This document shows positions 39,990-48,267 of a stretch of 64,000 nucleotides of DNA, in pieces (position 1 is the first letter of the stretch; each line of letters starts with the position of its first letter). The position numbers were made by a program, and so were the translations under genes. The notes under the pieces were generated by a model. That model was given only the letters and a program-made list of their open reading frames with translations, had not been told where the DNA came from and searched no databases. Source of the DNA: Planctomycetota bacterium (lineage in GTDB: Bacteria; Planctomycetota; B15-G4); assembly GCA_021604805.1 (NCBI GenBank), contig BQJR01000001.1, forward strand, positions 720,925 through 784,924. The letters are read 5' to 3'.

Positions 39990-40865
39990 GTGGCGCAAGC
40001 AACAGATCTCGATCGACGCTGGATCTTCCTGGCCATGGGTGTGCTCGTGGTCGGGTTGTTCGCGTCCGGCGTGTCCTCACCGATGCCGGTGAGCAGGTAC
40101 GTCAGCGATTACTACGACACCATCGAGGCGCTGCCCGAGGGTTCCGTGGTGATGCTCTCGGCCGACTTCGACCCGGCCTCCGCCGCCGAACTCTTCCCCA
40201 CCTACCAAGCCACGATCCATCACCTGATGCGACGCGGCATCCGCGTGGTCAACGTGGCCACCTGGCCGGCGGCGCCGCCCTACACGCGCAAGGCCTTCGA
40301 CGCCATCGCCCCCGCCTACGGCCGCGAGTACGGCACCGACTGGGTCGAGCTGGGCTTCAAGCCGGGCGACGACGTGGCCATGGCTCAGATCGGCCAGTCG
40401 ATCCGCACGACCTACCCGCGCGACGACCGCGACGGCACCGCCATCGACCAGCTCCCGCTGATGTCCGAGGTGGGCGACTCCTTCGAGGGCATCGAGCTGC
40501 TGCTCACGATGAGCGCCGGCTACCCCGGCATCCTCGAGTGGATCGCCCAAGCCGGCGGCCGCTACGACATGACGATGCTGGCGGCCACCACCGCCGTGCA
40601 GACGCCCGACCTCTTCGCGTACTACCCCACGCAACTCGCGGGCTTCTGCGGCGGCGCCACGGGGGCCACCCAGTACCTGCAGCTCGTGGCCAACTCAGCG
40701 GGCACGGCCACGATCATGGACCAAGCGCCGCTCGACGAGCTGCTCGCCGTGAAGGAGAAGAACCAGAAGCGCATGGTGATCCAGATGTGGGGTCACCTGT
40801 TGATCATCGCGCTGATCGTCCTCGGTAACGTGCTCTACTTCCGCGGTCGAAAGGCGGTGGCCTGA
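39990..40865 (+). CDS. Operon gene 7: TM-soluble alpha/beta domain-TM protein, probable DUF6754 paralog (291 aa)
   Basis: GTG 39990; DRRWIFLAM TM, central YDTIEALPEGSVVMLSADFDP...YGTDWVELGFKPG and C-terminal TM HLLIIALIVLGNVLYF. Confidence 0.72.
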   Translation: MAQATDLDRRWIFLAMGVLVVGLFASGVSSPMPVSRYVSDYYDTIEALPEGSVVMLSADFDPASAAELFPTYQATIHHLMRRGIRVVNVATWPAAPPYTRKAFDAIAPAYGREYGTDWVELGFKPGDDVAMAQIGQSIRTTYPRDDRDGTAIDQLPLMSEVGDSFEGIELLLTMSAGYPGILEWIAQAGGRYDMTMLAATTAVQTPDLFAYYPTQLAGFCGGATGATQYLQLVANSAGTATIMDQAPLDELLAVKEKNQKRMVIQMWGHLLIIALIVLGNVLYFRGRKAVA

Positions 40866-41764
40866 TGTCCTCGATGCTCGCGCTGCAAGACGCAGCCACA
40901 CCCTTCGTCAGCCTGGACCCCAATGGCCCGGTGGACATCATCGGCGCGTGGCTGATGTGCTTCCTCACGCTCTCGGTGTTCAGCTTCCTGTACAAGGACA
41001 ACCCCTTCTACAAGGTCGCTGAGCACGTGTTCGTGGGTGTGGGCACCGCGTACTTCGCGCTGCAGTACTACAAGGAAGGCATCCTCGAGCCCGTCCGCGA
41101 CCACATGTACGACATCGCCGAGGTGATGGGCGAACCGGGTGCGAGCTTCTCGCTCGGCGGCTACGACGCCGACCCCACGATCGCCTTCATCCTGCGCGCG
41201 GTCGCAGCGATCTTCGGCCTCATGTTGCTCACACGCCTGTTCTCGCCGAACTCCTGGGCGCCGCGCTGGCCGCTGGCCGTGATGGTCGGTGTGTACTCCG
41301 CGCTGAAGCTCACCGGCGAGACGCAGAGCAAGCTCGTGCTGCAGACCAAGGGTTTGATGAAGCCGCTCGTGCCCGAGAACGTGGGCGAGGTGGGCTGGTT
41401 CCCGGACGGCGTGGCCCTCGAGTCCACGCCGCTGTTCCTCACCATCGCGAACGCCATCGTGGTCATCGGCGTGATCTGCGCGTTGAGCCACTTCCTGTTC
41501 ACCTGGAAGCGCGGCCGCACGCTGGGCGCCGTGTCGCGCGTGGGCATCATCGTGCTGATGATCACCTTCGGCTCGATGTTCGGCTTCACGGTGCTGGGAC
41601 GCATCGCGCTGCTCATCGAACGCGTCAACGAGCTCTTCGACCTCTCGGAACCGGACTACGCCTTCGGCACTCCGTTCCTGTCGCCGCCGGTGATCCTCAC
41701 CGTGCTGATTGCTGGCACGCTCACGCTCTTCGCCTTGCAACGCAAGGAAGGCACCGACAGCTGA
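40865..41764 (+). CDS. Operon gene 8: integral membrane protein (about 6-7 TM, 299 aa)
   Basis: TGATG coupling; LTL.VFSFLYKDNPFYKVAEHVFVG...MITFGSMFGFTVLGRIALLIER. Confidence 0.75.
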   Translation: MSSMLALQDAATPFVSLDPNGPVDIIGAWLMCFLTLSVFSFLYKDNPFYKVAEHVFVGVGTAYFALQYYKEGILEPVRDHMYDIAEVMGEPGASFSLGGYDADPTIAFILRAVAAIFGLMLLTRLFSPNSWAPRWPLAVMVGVYSALKLTGETQSKLVLQTKGLMKPLVPENVGEVGWFPDGVALESTPLFLTIANAIVVIGVICALSHFLFTWKRGRTLGAVSRVGIIVLMITFGSMFGFTVLGRIALLIERVNELFDLSEPDYAFGTPFLSPPVILTVLIAGTLTLFALQRKEGTDS

Positions 41765-41837
41765 TCGCGCGCTGAACCGCGGGCTGTTCGACGAGCGCCT
41801 GCGCTGGCCGAAGGTTCATGCCGCAGAGCGTGAGCGC

Positions 41838-41873
41838 GTGAATCCGTGTGAATCCGCGGGCGCTGTGAATCAG
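41838..41873. repeat. Short direct repeats GTGAATCCG x2 plus GTGAATCAG between convergent operons
   Basis: Copies at 41838-41846, 41848-41856 and 41865-41873. Confidence 0.55.
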
Positions 41874-42697
41874 TGGGCGCTCGGGGGCGACGCGTCGGCC
41901 CAGAGTTCGCGGGCACTGTTCGCGGTCCAGGCCGTCACCCAACTCACCAGCGCGTCGCGGGCGGCGGGCACGCGCGCTGCGCCTTGCACACCATCGAGCG
42001 CGGCGCGTACGAGCGCGATCATCGGGCGCATGTCCATCAACCGCTCCACGGCCTTGCGCGGCTCGTCGCCCGTGATCTTGGAGAACACGGCCTGCGCCAT
42101 GTCGCGGGAGGCCATGGCGGCTCCGAAGGCGCGCATCGACATCTGGCTCTTGTGCGCGGCGACGGCTTGGGTCTTGGCCTTGCGCAGCGCCGTGACGTCG
42201 ATCTCGAACACGCCGGGCGCGGCGGGGAGCGCGTCCCAGGCGCCGTAGCCCCACCAATCGGCGGCCGGGTTCATCCACGCGGCGTCGGCGGCGGCGAGCA
42301 CGCCAGCCAGCAGGCTCGCGCGGTGCGTGGGGTGACGCTCCAAGGGCCAGGGCGCGAGCACGGCGTCGAAGGGACCGCTGTCGCTCACGAGCTCAGCGAG
42401 GCGCAGCGCAGCCGCCAGCGGATCGCCGCGCAGCTCGCTCGACGGCACGTCGAGGAACAGCGGCGCGTCGGTGCCGAGGATCTCGCAGCAGCGCAGCGAC
42501 TCCTCGCGACGCTGTTCGGGCGGCACCTGACCTTGCACGCCCGCGCTGCGCGCCAGGATCACGGGCAGAACACGGGCGCCGGCGCGCGTGAGACAGGCCA
42601 CGCTGCCGCCGGGCCCCAAGGCCTCGTCGTCGGAGTGCGGCGCGAGCAGCAGCACCCGCCGCCCGGCCGCGCTCTGACCGGGGTCCAAGGACTCCAC
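41870..42697 (-). CDS. PIG-L/LmbE family deacetylase (275 aa)
   Basis: VLLLAPHSDDEALGPGG, RREES..CCEILG, second motif HPTH and K..AVAAHKSQ. GTG 42697 is 4 nt after the upstream stop. Confidence 0.85.
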   Translation of the reverse strand: MESLDPGQSAAGRRVLLLAPHSDDEALGPGGSVACLTRAGARVLPVILARSAGVQGQVPPEQRREESLRCCEILGTDAPLFLDVPSSELRGDPLAAALRLAELVSDSGPFDAVLAPWPLERHPTHRASLLAGVLAAADAAWMNPAADWWGYGAWDALPAAPGVFEIDVTALRKAKTQAVAAHKSQMSMRAFGAAMASRDMAQAVFSKITGDEPRKAVERLMDMRPMIALVRAALDGVQGAARVPAARDALVSWVTAWTANSARELWADASPPSAH

Positions 42698-42701
42698 GAA
42701 C

Positions 42702-45700
42702 TCAGTTCCCCGACGTGGGCAGCGAGGTGGCGTCCACCGAAGGACCGGCGCTCGTGAGGTAGAGCCGCGAGCCGGCACCCAGACCGTCGGCGCTGAGCAG
42801 CGGCAGCACGATCGGATCGGGCTGCAGCACGGGGTTCGAGATGTTGCGCATCGGCACGAAGAAGGCCTCGGTGTCGGAGGCCACGCCGAGCTCGCCGGCT
42901 TCCATCCCGAACACGAAGGCCAGCGCTTCGGAGGCCTGCCCCGTGGGCGCGATGAAGTGGAAGCTCCCGCTTTGGACGCGCCCGAAAGGCATGCCCATCA
43001 TCTCTGCCGACGACGCGAGGTCGCGCTCGAACAGGAAGTTGTCGAGGTCCACCACGAAGGGGTGCTGCGTGGCGCCGAAGGGATCGGAGTCCCCGGTGCG
43101 CGCGTAGGCCAGCTTGCCTGAGAACGGGCTGGGCGTGAGGTCGCTCACCTGACTGCCGTCGGCGCCGCTGTAGGTCGCTTGGAAGCCCTGGTTCGGCGAC
43201 GTCTCACGGAAGCTGAAGACCTGCTGCGTGGCGGTCTCGTCTTGCGCGTCGGTGCTCGCGAACCACATCACGTTCGCTTGGGCGCCGCGGCCTCGCGTGA
43301 AGTGCATGCGCGAGGGTGTCTCGTACACCGGGACGAACTGCTCGTCGTCGAAGAACAAGTTGGGCAGGTTGGCGGAGTCGGTGAACTCGTCGCCGCTCAC
43401 GTCGATCAGTTGCAGCGTTTCGCGATCGAGCGCGATCAGGTTCGTGACCGGCGTGCCCGGTGGCAGCACGGTGTTGCCCGCCTTGATCGGACCGTTGCGC
43501 AGGATGTAGAGCAGCCTCTCGTCGTCGGACATCCAGCTCGCGATGGGCTGGAGCGTGCCCATCGTGTCGAACTCGCCGCCGCCGCCGCTGCGCGTGAGGT
43601 TCGTCATCAGGTCGGTGGTCCTGTCGTACATGAACAGGTCGGTGGCCGGGATGATCCCTGAGAACAGCGAGAGCGGGTCGAAGAGCGAGGTCTCGCCCAT
43701 GAAGTACACGATGCGATCTTCGTCGAGCCAGTGCAGTTGAAGGATCTCGTGATCGGCCTGGTAGGGCCCCGACTCGCGGAAGGTCGGTGTGGTGCCCACG
43801 ATGTCCTTGTAGATGCCGCTCACGTTGCCGTAGTCGAGCCCGTTCGTGCGCGCCGTGTGGAGCCAGTCGCGGCGCGCGCTCTGCAGATCGAGCAGCGCGA
43901 GTTGCGTGCCCTCGGGCGAGAACACCAGGCGACGCGAGCTGCCTGCGCCACCATTGGGCATGGGCGAGCGGATCTCGACCTTGGCCTCTCCGCTGCCGGT
44001 CGGCAGGCCGAAGCCCGTGACGTTCAGCAGCAAGCGACTCACGACACCCTGCTGGTTCACCGACACGGCGGCGATCACATAGAGGTCTTCGCGCTTGGCT
44101 TCGTTGCCGGCCGCGATGGCCAGCTGGTCGCCCTTGGGTGACTTGGCGAAGATCGGATCGAAGCGCCGGATCTCGAGCGCGTTGCCGATCTTGGGGAACT
44201 CATCGGTGATCCACGGGCGCGGCATGCTGGGTGGCGACTTGGTGGAGCCGGGCGGCACCAGCGCGACCTCGATCAGGTCGCGCACCAGCACGTCCTCGCG
44301 AGCGTAGGCGCTCTCGTACCCGATCACGAAGCCGTCGGACATGGAGGTCTCGCCACCGGTGCTCGTGGTGGCGAACTTGAAGCCCAGGCCCACGTAGGCC
44401 ACGTACTTCTCGGGATCGGTGTTGACGATCGCGAAGGACTGCGGGAGCAGGCGCCGCGAGCGCGTGAACTTGGAGCTGACGGTGGGATCGTTGGCCAGTT
44501 GGTAGGTGATCTCCCAGACCGGCGAGCCGCTCGCGGGCCAGTCGAGCCCATCGAGGCGAATCGCGAAGAGCCGGTCGGGATCGCTCGCGAAGGTCGGCGT
44601 GACGCCCGTGCTCACGTGCAGCGCCGCCAAGAAGGATCGGTTGTCGGGTGCCAGGGTGATGATCGGATCCCAAGCCAAGCCCTCGGAAGTCAACATCTCG
44701 GTGCCCTCGAGCAGCGAGAACTCGTGCGTGCGATGGTCGAGGACGGCGAAACCCTCGCCGCCCGTGGCCTCCACGCGGTAGCGCAGCAGGTCGAGCTCAC
44801 GCGTGACCAGCTGGGTGTCACCCTCGGCGCCGCCGCCTTCGACCTCCGGCTCCACGGGCTCCTCGAAGGTGAAAGCCGGGATCGTGACGCGCGGCACATC
44901 CATGTTGCGCGCGTCGAGGCCCACGCGGTCACGCGAGAAGGCGCCCGGCGTGGTGGCCATCGTGAAGTCGCCCAGCACGATGTTGCCAGCTTGGTGAGGG
45001 TAGGCCGAGGAACCCTCGGAGCCGTGCATCGCGCGCGTGAGCCCGGTGAAGCTCGTGGGCGTGAGGCCGGTGTAGCCCACGATCTCGATGTTGGGCGAGT
45101 TCGTCTCCACGCTGGTCTTGTTGCCCCACGGGTTGTCGGAACCGAACTGAACCAGCAGCTGACCCTCGGGCGGGAAGCCCGTGGTGTCCTCGACGAGCAA
45201 CTCCACCGTGTTGCCCGCGTTGATCGGATCGGACACGAGAGTGGACGGTCGCGCCAAGGGCAGCACGGGCCCCTCGATCCCAGTGGGCACGATCGGCACG
45301 AAGCGAATCCCTTCCGGGAAGACCTCGTTGGTCGTGCTGTCCGGCGGCTCGCCGCCGCCCAAGGGCGCGAAGGTGTTGAGCTGATCGATGCCGAGATCGC
45401 GGCTGCCCACGCCTTCCACCACGCGGTCGTCGAAGGGGGCTGTGGCGCGCACGAAGCTGAAAGCGGCGTTGTAGCGCGGCAGGCTGAGCGTGACGGCGAC
45501 ACCGTTGCTCAGCTTCACGTTCGGCAGCGAGTCGACGTCGCGCACGATCGCCTGCAAGAAGGCGGTGCCGCTGGTGAGGCTCGGCGGGATCACAGTGAAG
45601 AAGCTCGCCGTGCCGTTCGCGCCGAGGAACAAACCCGGCGGGAAGATCACCTTGAAGGGCGGCATGGTGTAGAGCGGCGGCGGCTGCTGATCGAGCGGGA

Positions 45701-45977
45701 GGCCGCTCATCTGCGACGACAAGAGCATCGCCCACGGCACGCTGTCGTTGGACGGGCCCTCACTCAGGTAGCTGAGCTCGAGCGCCATCGAGGTGCCGCC
45801 CGTGACGGTGAGCACGCCGCTGTTGTCGAAGGGGTCCCCGACGGCGGGCGCCTGCCCCGCGGCATCGGAGATCGTGAGCCGCGGGAAATCGCCCGGCATC
45901 TGCGCCTGAGCGACGAGCGGGGTGGCCAAGCTCGTCGAACTGACGAGCACCAACAGGATCGATACGAACGTCCGCAT
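42702..45977 (-). CDS. Large secreted beta-rich hypothetical protein (1091 aa)
   Basis: Signal peptide MRTFVSILLVLVSSTSLA...AQA; codon usage like neighbouring genes; TolB/WD-like strands (TLAPDNRSF, KSPKGDQLA, VFSPEGTQLA). Confidence 0.8.
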   Translation of the reverse strand: MRTFVSILLVLVSSTSLATPLVAQAQMPGDFPRLTISDAAGQAPAVGDPFDNSGVLTVTGGTSMALELSYLSEGPSNDSVPWAMLLSSQMSGLPLDQQPPPLYTMPPFKVIFPPGLFLGANGTASFFTVIPPSLTSGTAFLQAIVRDVDSLPNVKLSNGVAVTLSLPRYNAAFSFVRATAPFDDRVVEGVGSRDLGIDQLNTFAPLGGGEPPDSTTNEVFPEGIRFVPIVPTGIEGPVLPLARPSTLVSDPINAGNTVELLVEDTTGFPPEGQLLVQFGSDNPWGNKTSVETNSPNIEIVGYTGLTPTSFTGLTRAMHGSEGSSAYPHQAGNIVLGDFTMATTPGAFSRDRVGLDARNMDVPRVTIPAFTFEEPVEPEVEGGGAEGDTQLVTRELDLLRYRVEATGGEGFAVLDHRTHEFSLLEGTEMLTSEGLAWDPIITLAPDNRSFLAALHVSTGVTPTFASDPDRLFAIRLDGLDWPASGSPVWEITYQLANDPTVSSKFTRSRRLLPQSFAIVNTDPEKYVAYVGLGFKFATTSTGGETSMSDGFVIGYESAYAREDVLVRDLIEVALVPPGSTKSPPSMPRPWITDEFPKIGNALEIRRFDPIFAKSPKGDQLAIAAGNEAKREDLYVIAAVSVNQQGVVSRLLLNVTGFGLPTGSGEAKVEIRSPMPNGGAGSSRRLVFSPEGTQLALLDLQSARRDWLHTARTNGLDYGNVSGIYKDIVGTTPTFRESGPYQADHEILQLHWLDEDRIVYFMGETSLFDPLSLFSGIIPATDLFMYDRTTDLMTNLTRSGGGGEFDTMGTLQPIASWMSDDERLLYILRNGPIKAGNTVLPPGTPVTNLIALDRETLQLIDVSGDEFTDSANLPNLFFDDEQFVPVYETPSRMHFTRGRGAQANVMWFASTDAQDETATQQVFSFRETSPNQGFQATYSGADGSQVSDLTPSPFSGKLAYARTGDSDPFGATQHPFVVDLDNFLFERDLASSAEMMGMPFGRVQSGSFHFIAPTGQASEALAFVFGMEAGELGVASDTEAFFVPMRNISNPVLQPDPIVLPLLSADGLGAGSRLYLTSAGPSVDATSLPTSGN

Positions 45978-46145
45978 GCGCAGCCTCGGGGTTGCGGCCT
46001 GAAAATCATCGCGGGGCTTCGGGGGCCCCTGCTGCGGGACGACGTGAAGCCACAGCAAACGACACTCAGAAGTCTACCAGCCGAGCGCGCCCCAGTCGGG
46101 GCTCTGCAGCAGCGAAGCGAAGTCCGCCCCGAGCCGGAGGGTCGA

Positions 46146-48056
46146 TCAGCCGCTCAGCGCGCCACCGACGCGGCTCTCCATGCCTTCCAGAATGCGCTCA
46201 GCCAAGCCCGCAGGCGTGAAGCCGAGCTTCTCCAGCAGGCGCTTGCGCGTGCCGTGCTCCACGAAGCGGTCTGGCACGCCGATCATCAGCGTGGGAGGCA
46301 AGCAGTGCCCTTCATCGCTGAGCGCTTCGCAGATCGCGGAGCCCACGCCCCCCGCCACGCTGTGTTCTTCGAGCGTGACGAGCAGCCGACTGCCTTCGAG
46401 GCGCGGCGCGAGCGTGGCCGTGTCGACCGGCTTGGCGAAGCGCATGTTGATCACCGTGGCGTCGACGCCTTGTTCGGCGAGCTCGAGCGCGGCGGCCTCG
46501 GCCAGCGGCACCATCGTGCCGTAGGCGGCGAGCACCACGTCGCTGCCTTCGCGCAGCACCTCGGCCTTGCCCAGCTCGATCGGTTGCAGCGGGCGCGTGG
46601 AGGGCTCGGCGCTGTCACGCGGGTAGCGCACGGACACCACCGCCGGGTACTCCACGGCGAAGGCCAGCATGGCGCGCAACTCGTCGGCGTTGGCGGGCGC
46701 CATGAGCACGGTGTTCGGGAAGGTGCGCAAGTAGGCGATGTCGAACAGGCCGTGGTGCGTGCAGCCGTCGTCGACCAGCCCGGCGCGGTCGAGCGCGAGC
46801 ACGCAGTTCGCATCCTGGATGCAGAGTTCCTGGAAGACTTGGTCGTAGCCGCGCTGCAGGAAGGTGGAGTAGATCGCCATCACGGGACGCGAGCCCCCCT
46901 TGGCCAGACCGCCACCCAGCGCCACGGCGTGCTGCTCGCAGATGCCCACGTCGACGACGCGATCGGGGAGCTGCTTCTGCAGCTGCACCAAGCCGGTGCC
47001 GTCGGGCATGGCTGCGGTGACGCCGATCAAGGACTCGTCGGACTTGCACAGCTCGATGAACTTGTCGGCGAAGACCTGCGTGTAAGCGGGAAGCTTCGGT
47101 GCGGGCGCGCCCTCGGGCGGTTGCGCTTCGCCGTCGGTCGTGGACACGGCGGGCTTGGGCTTCACGCCGTGCAGCTTCTGCGGGTCGTCGGCGGCCAGCT
47201 CGCAGCCGGCGCCCTTCTTCGTGAGCAGGTGCAGGAAGTTGAGGCCGCCACGCTCCTGCAGGTCGGAGAGCGTGTGCACCAGGCGCGGCATGTCGTGGCC
47301 TTCCATCGGGCCGAAGTACGTGAAGCCGTACTCCTCGAACATGTGGCCGGGCACCATCACGGAGCGCAGCACGCCCACGGTTTCGTCGATGGTCTTGTCG
47401 ACCTTCTCACCGATGAAGGGCAGGTGCTTGATGAGCTCCTGCATCTCGCGCTTGGCGCCGGTGTAGAGCGGGCCCGTGCGCAGACGCGTGAAGTAACGAC
47501 TCAGCGCACCCACCGTCGGGGAGATGGACATCTCGTTGTCGTTGAGGATCACGAGCAGGTCCACGCCCAGGTCGCTGGCGTGGTTCATGGCTTCGAAGGC
47601 CACGCCGGCGCCGTAGCTGGCGTCGCCCACGATGGCCACGGTGCGGCGGTTGTTGCCGGCGCGCTTGTCGGCCAGGGCGAGTCCGAGCGCGAGCGAGATC
47701 GACGTGCCCGCGTGCCCGGTGTGGAACTGGTCGAACTCGCTCTCGTTGGGGTGCGGGAAGCCGCACAGCCCGTCGTCCATGCGCATGGTGTTCATGCGCT
47801 CGCGACGCCCGGTGAGCATCTTGTGCGGGTAGCACTGATGGCCCACGTCGAACACGATGCGGTCGTGGCGGAAGTCGTAGAGGTGGTGCAGCGCGAGCGT
47901 GAGTTCGAGCACGCCCAGACCCGAGCCGAGGTGGCCGCCGGTCTTGGTGATCGTGTCGATCAGCTCGGTGCGCATCTCGCCGGCCAAGGTGCTCAGCTCT
48001 CCCACGGAGAGACGGGCGAGGTCCTCGGGACCACGAACAGCGTCGAACAGACTCAT
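46146..48056 (-). CDS. dxs: 1-deoxy-D-xylulose-5-phosphate synthase (636 aa)
   Basis: GGHLGSGLGVLELT, FDVGHQCYPHKMLTGR, GHAGTSIS, TPP motif GDAS...NDNEMSISPTVG, DVGICEQHAV and YSTFLQRGYDQ. Confidence 0.97.
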   Translation of the reverse strand: MSLFDAVRGPEDLARLSVGELSTLAGEMRTELIDTITKTGGHLGSGLGVLELTLALHHLYDFRHDRIVFDVGHQCYPHKMLTGRRERMNTMRMDDGLCGFPHPNESEFDQFHTGHAGTSISLALGLALADKRAGNNRRTVAIVGDASYGAGVAFEAMNHASDLGVDLLVILNDNEMSISPTVGALSRYFTRLRTGPLYTGAKREMQELIKHLPFIGEKVDKTIDETVGVLRSVMVPGHMFEEYGFTYFGPMEGHDMPRLVHTLSDLQERGGLNFLHLLTKKGAGCELAADDPQKLHGVKPKPAVSTTDGEAQPPEGAPAPKLPAYTQVFADKFIELCKSDESLIGVTAAMPDGTGLVQLQKQLPDRVVDVGICEQHAVALGGGLAKGGSRPVMAIYSTFLQRGYDQVFQELCIQDANCVLALDRAGLVDDGCTHHGLFDIAYLRTFPNTVLMAPANADELRAMLAFAVEYPAVVSVRYPRDSAEPSTRPLQPIELGKAEVLREGSDVVLAAYGTMVPLAEAAALELAEQGVDATVINMRFAKPVDTATLAPRLEGSRLLVTLEEHSVAGGVGSAICEALSDEGHCLPPTLMIGVPDRFVEHGTRKRLLEKLGFTPAGLAERILEGMESRVGGALSG

Positions 48057-48267
48057 GCCAACGGGCTCAGCGGGGCGCGAATGAAGCGCATTAGGGTAGC
48101 AGAGCGCAGCGCCTCCCGGAGCCCCTGAGCTGCTGCCGCTCGGGACGCCGCCGCCCGAGACGAGCGCTCGGAGGGCGTCCGCGAGCCAGGAAACGGAGGT
48201 GGGGCCAGCGCCCAGCAGGATGGGCGCAGCCCTCGGGATACGCTGCGCGACCTCCCGGGAGCCTTTC

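Noticed and set aside
44499-48128. 1209-aa plus-strand ORF, and similar long ORFs such as 1455-4097(-), 13849-15558(+), 26466-28571(-) and 48337-50973(-)
   Set aside because: These are antisense shadows of well-supported genes (dxs, aconitase, M16, esterase, cytochrome). Stop codons are scarce in off-frames of very GC-rich DNA, and they carry no recognisable motifs.
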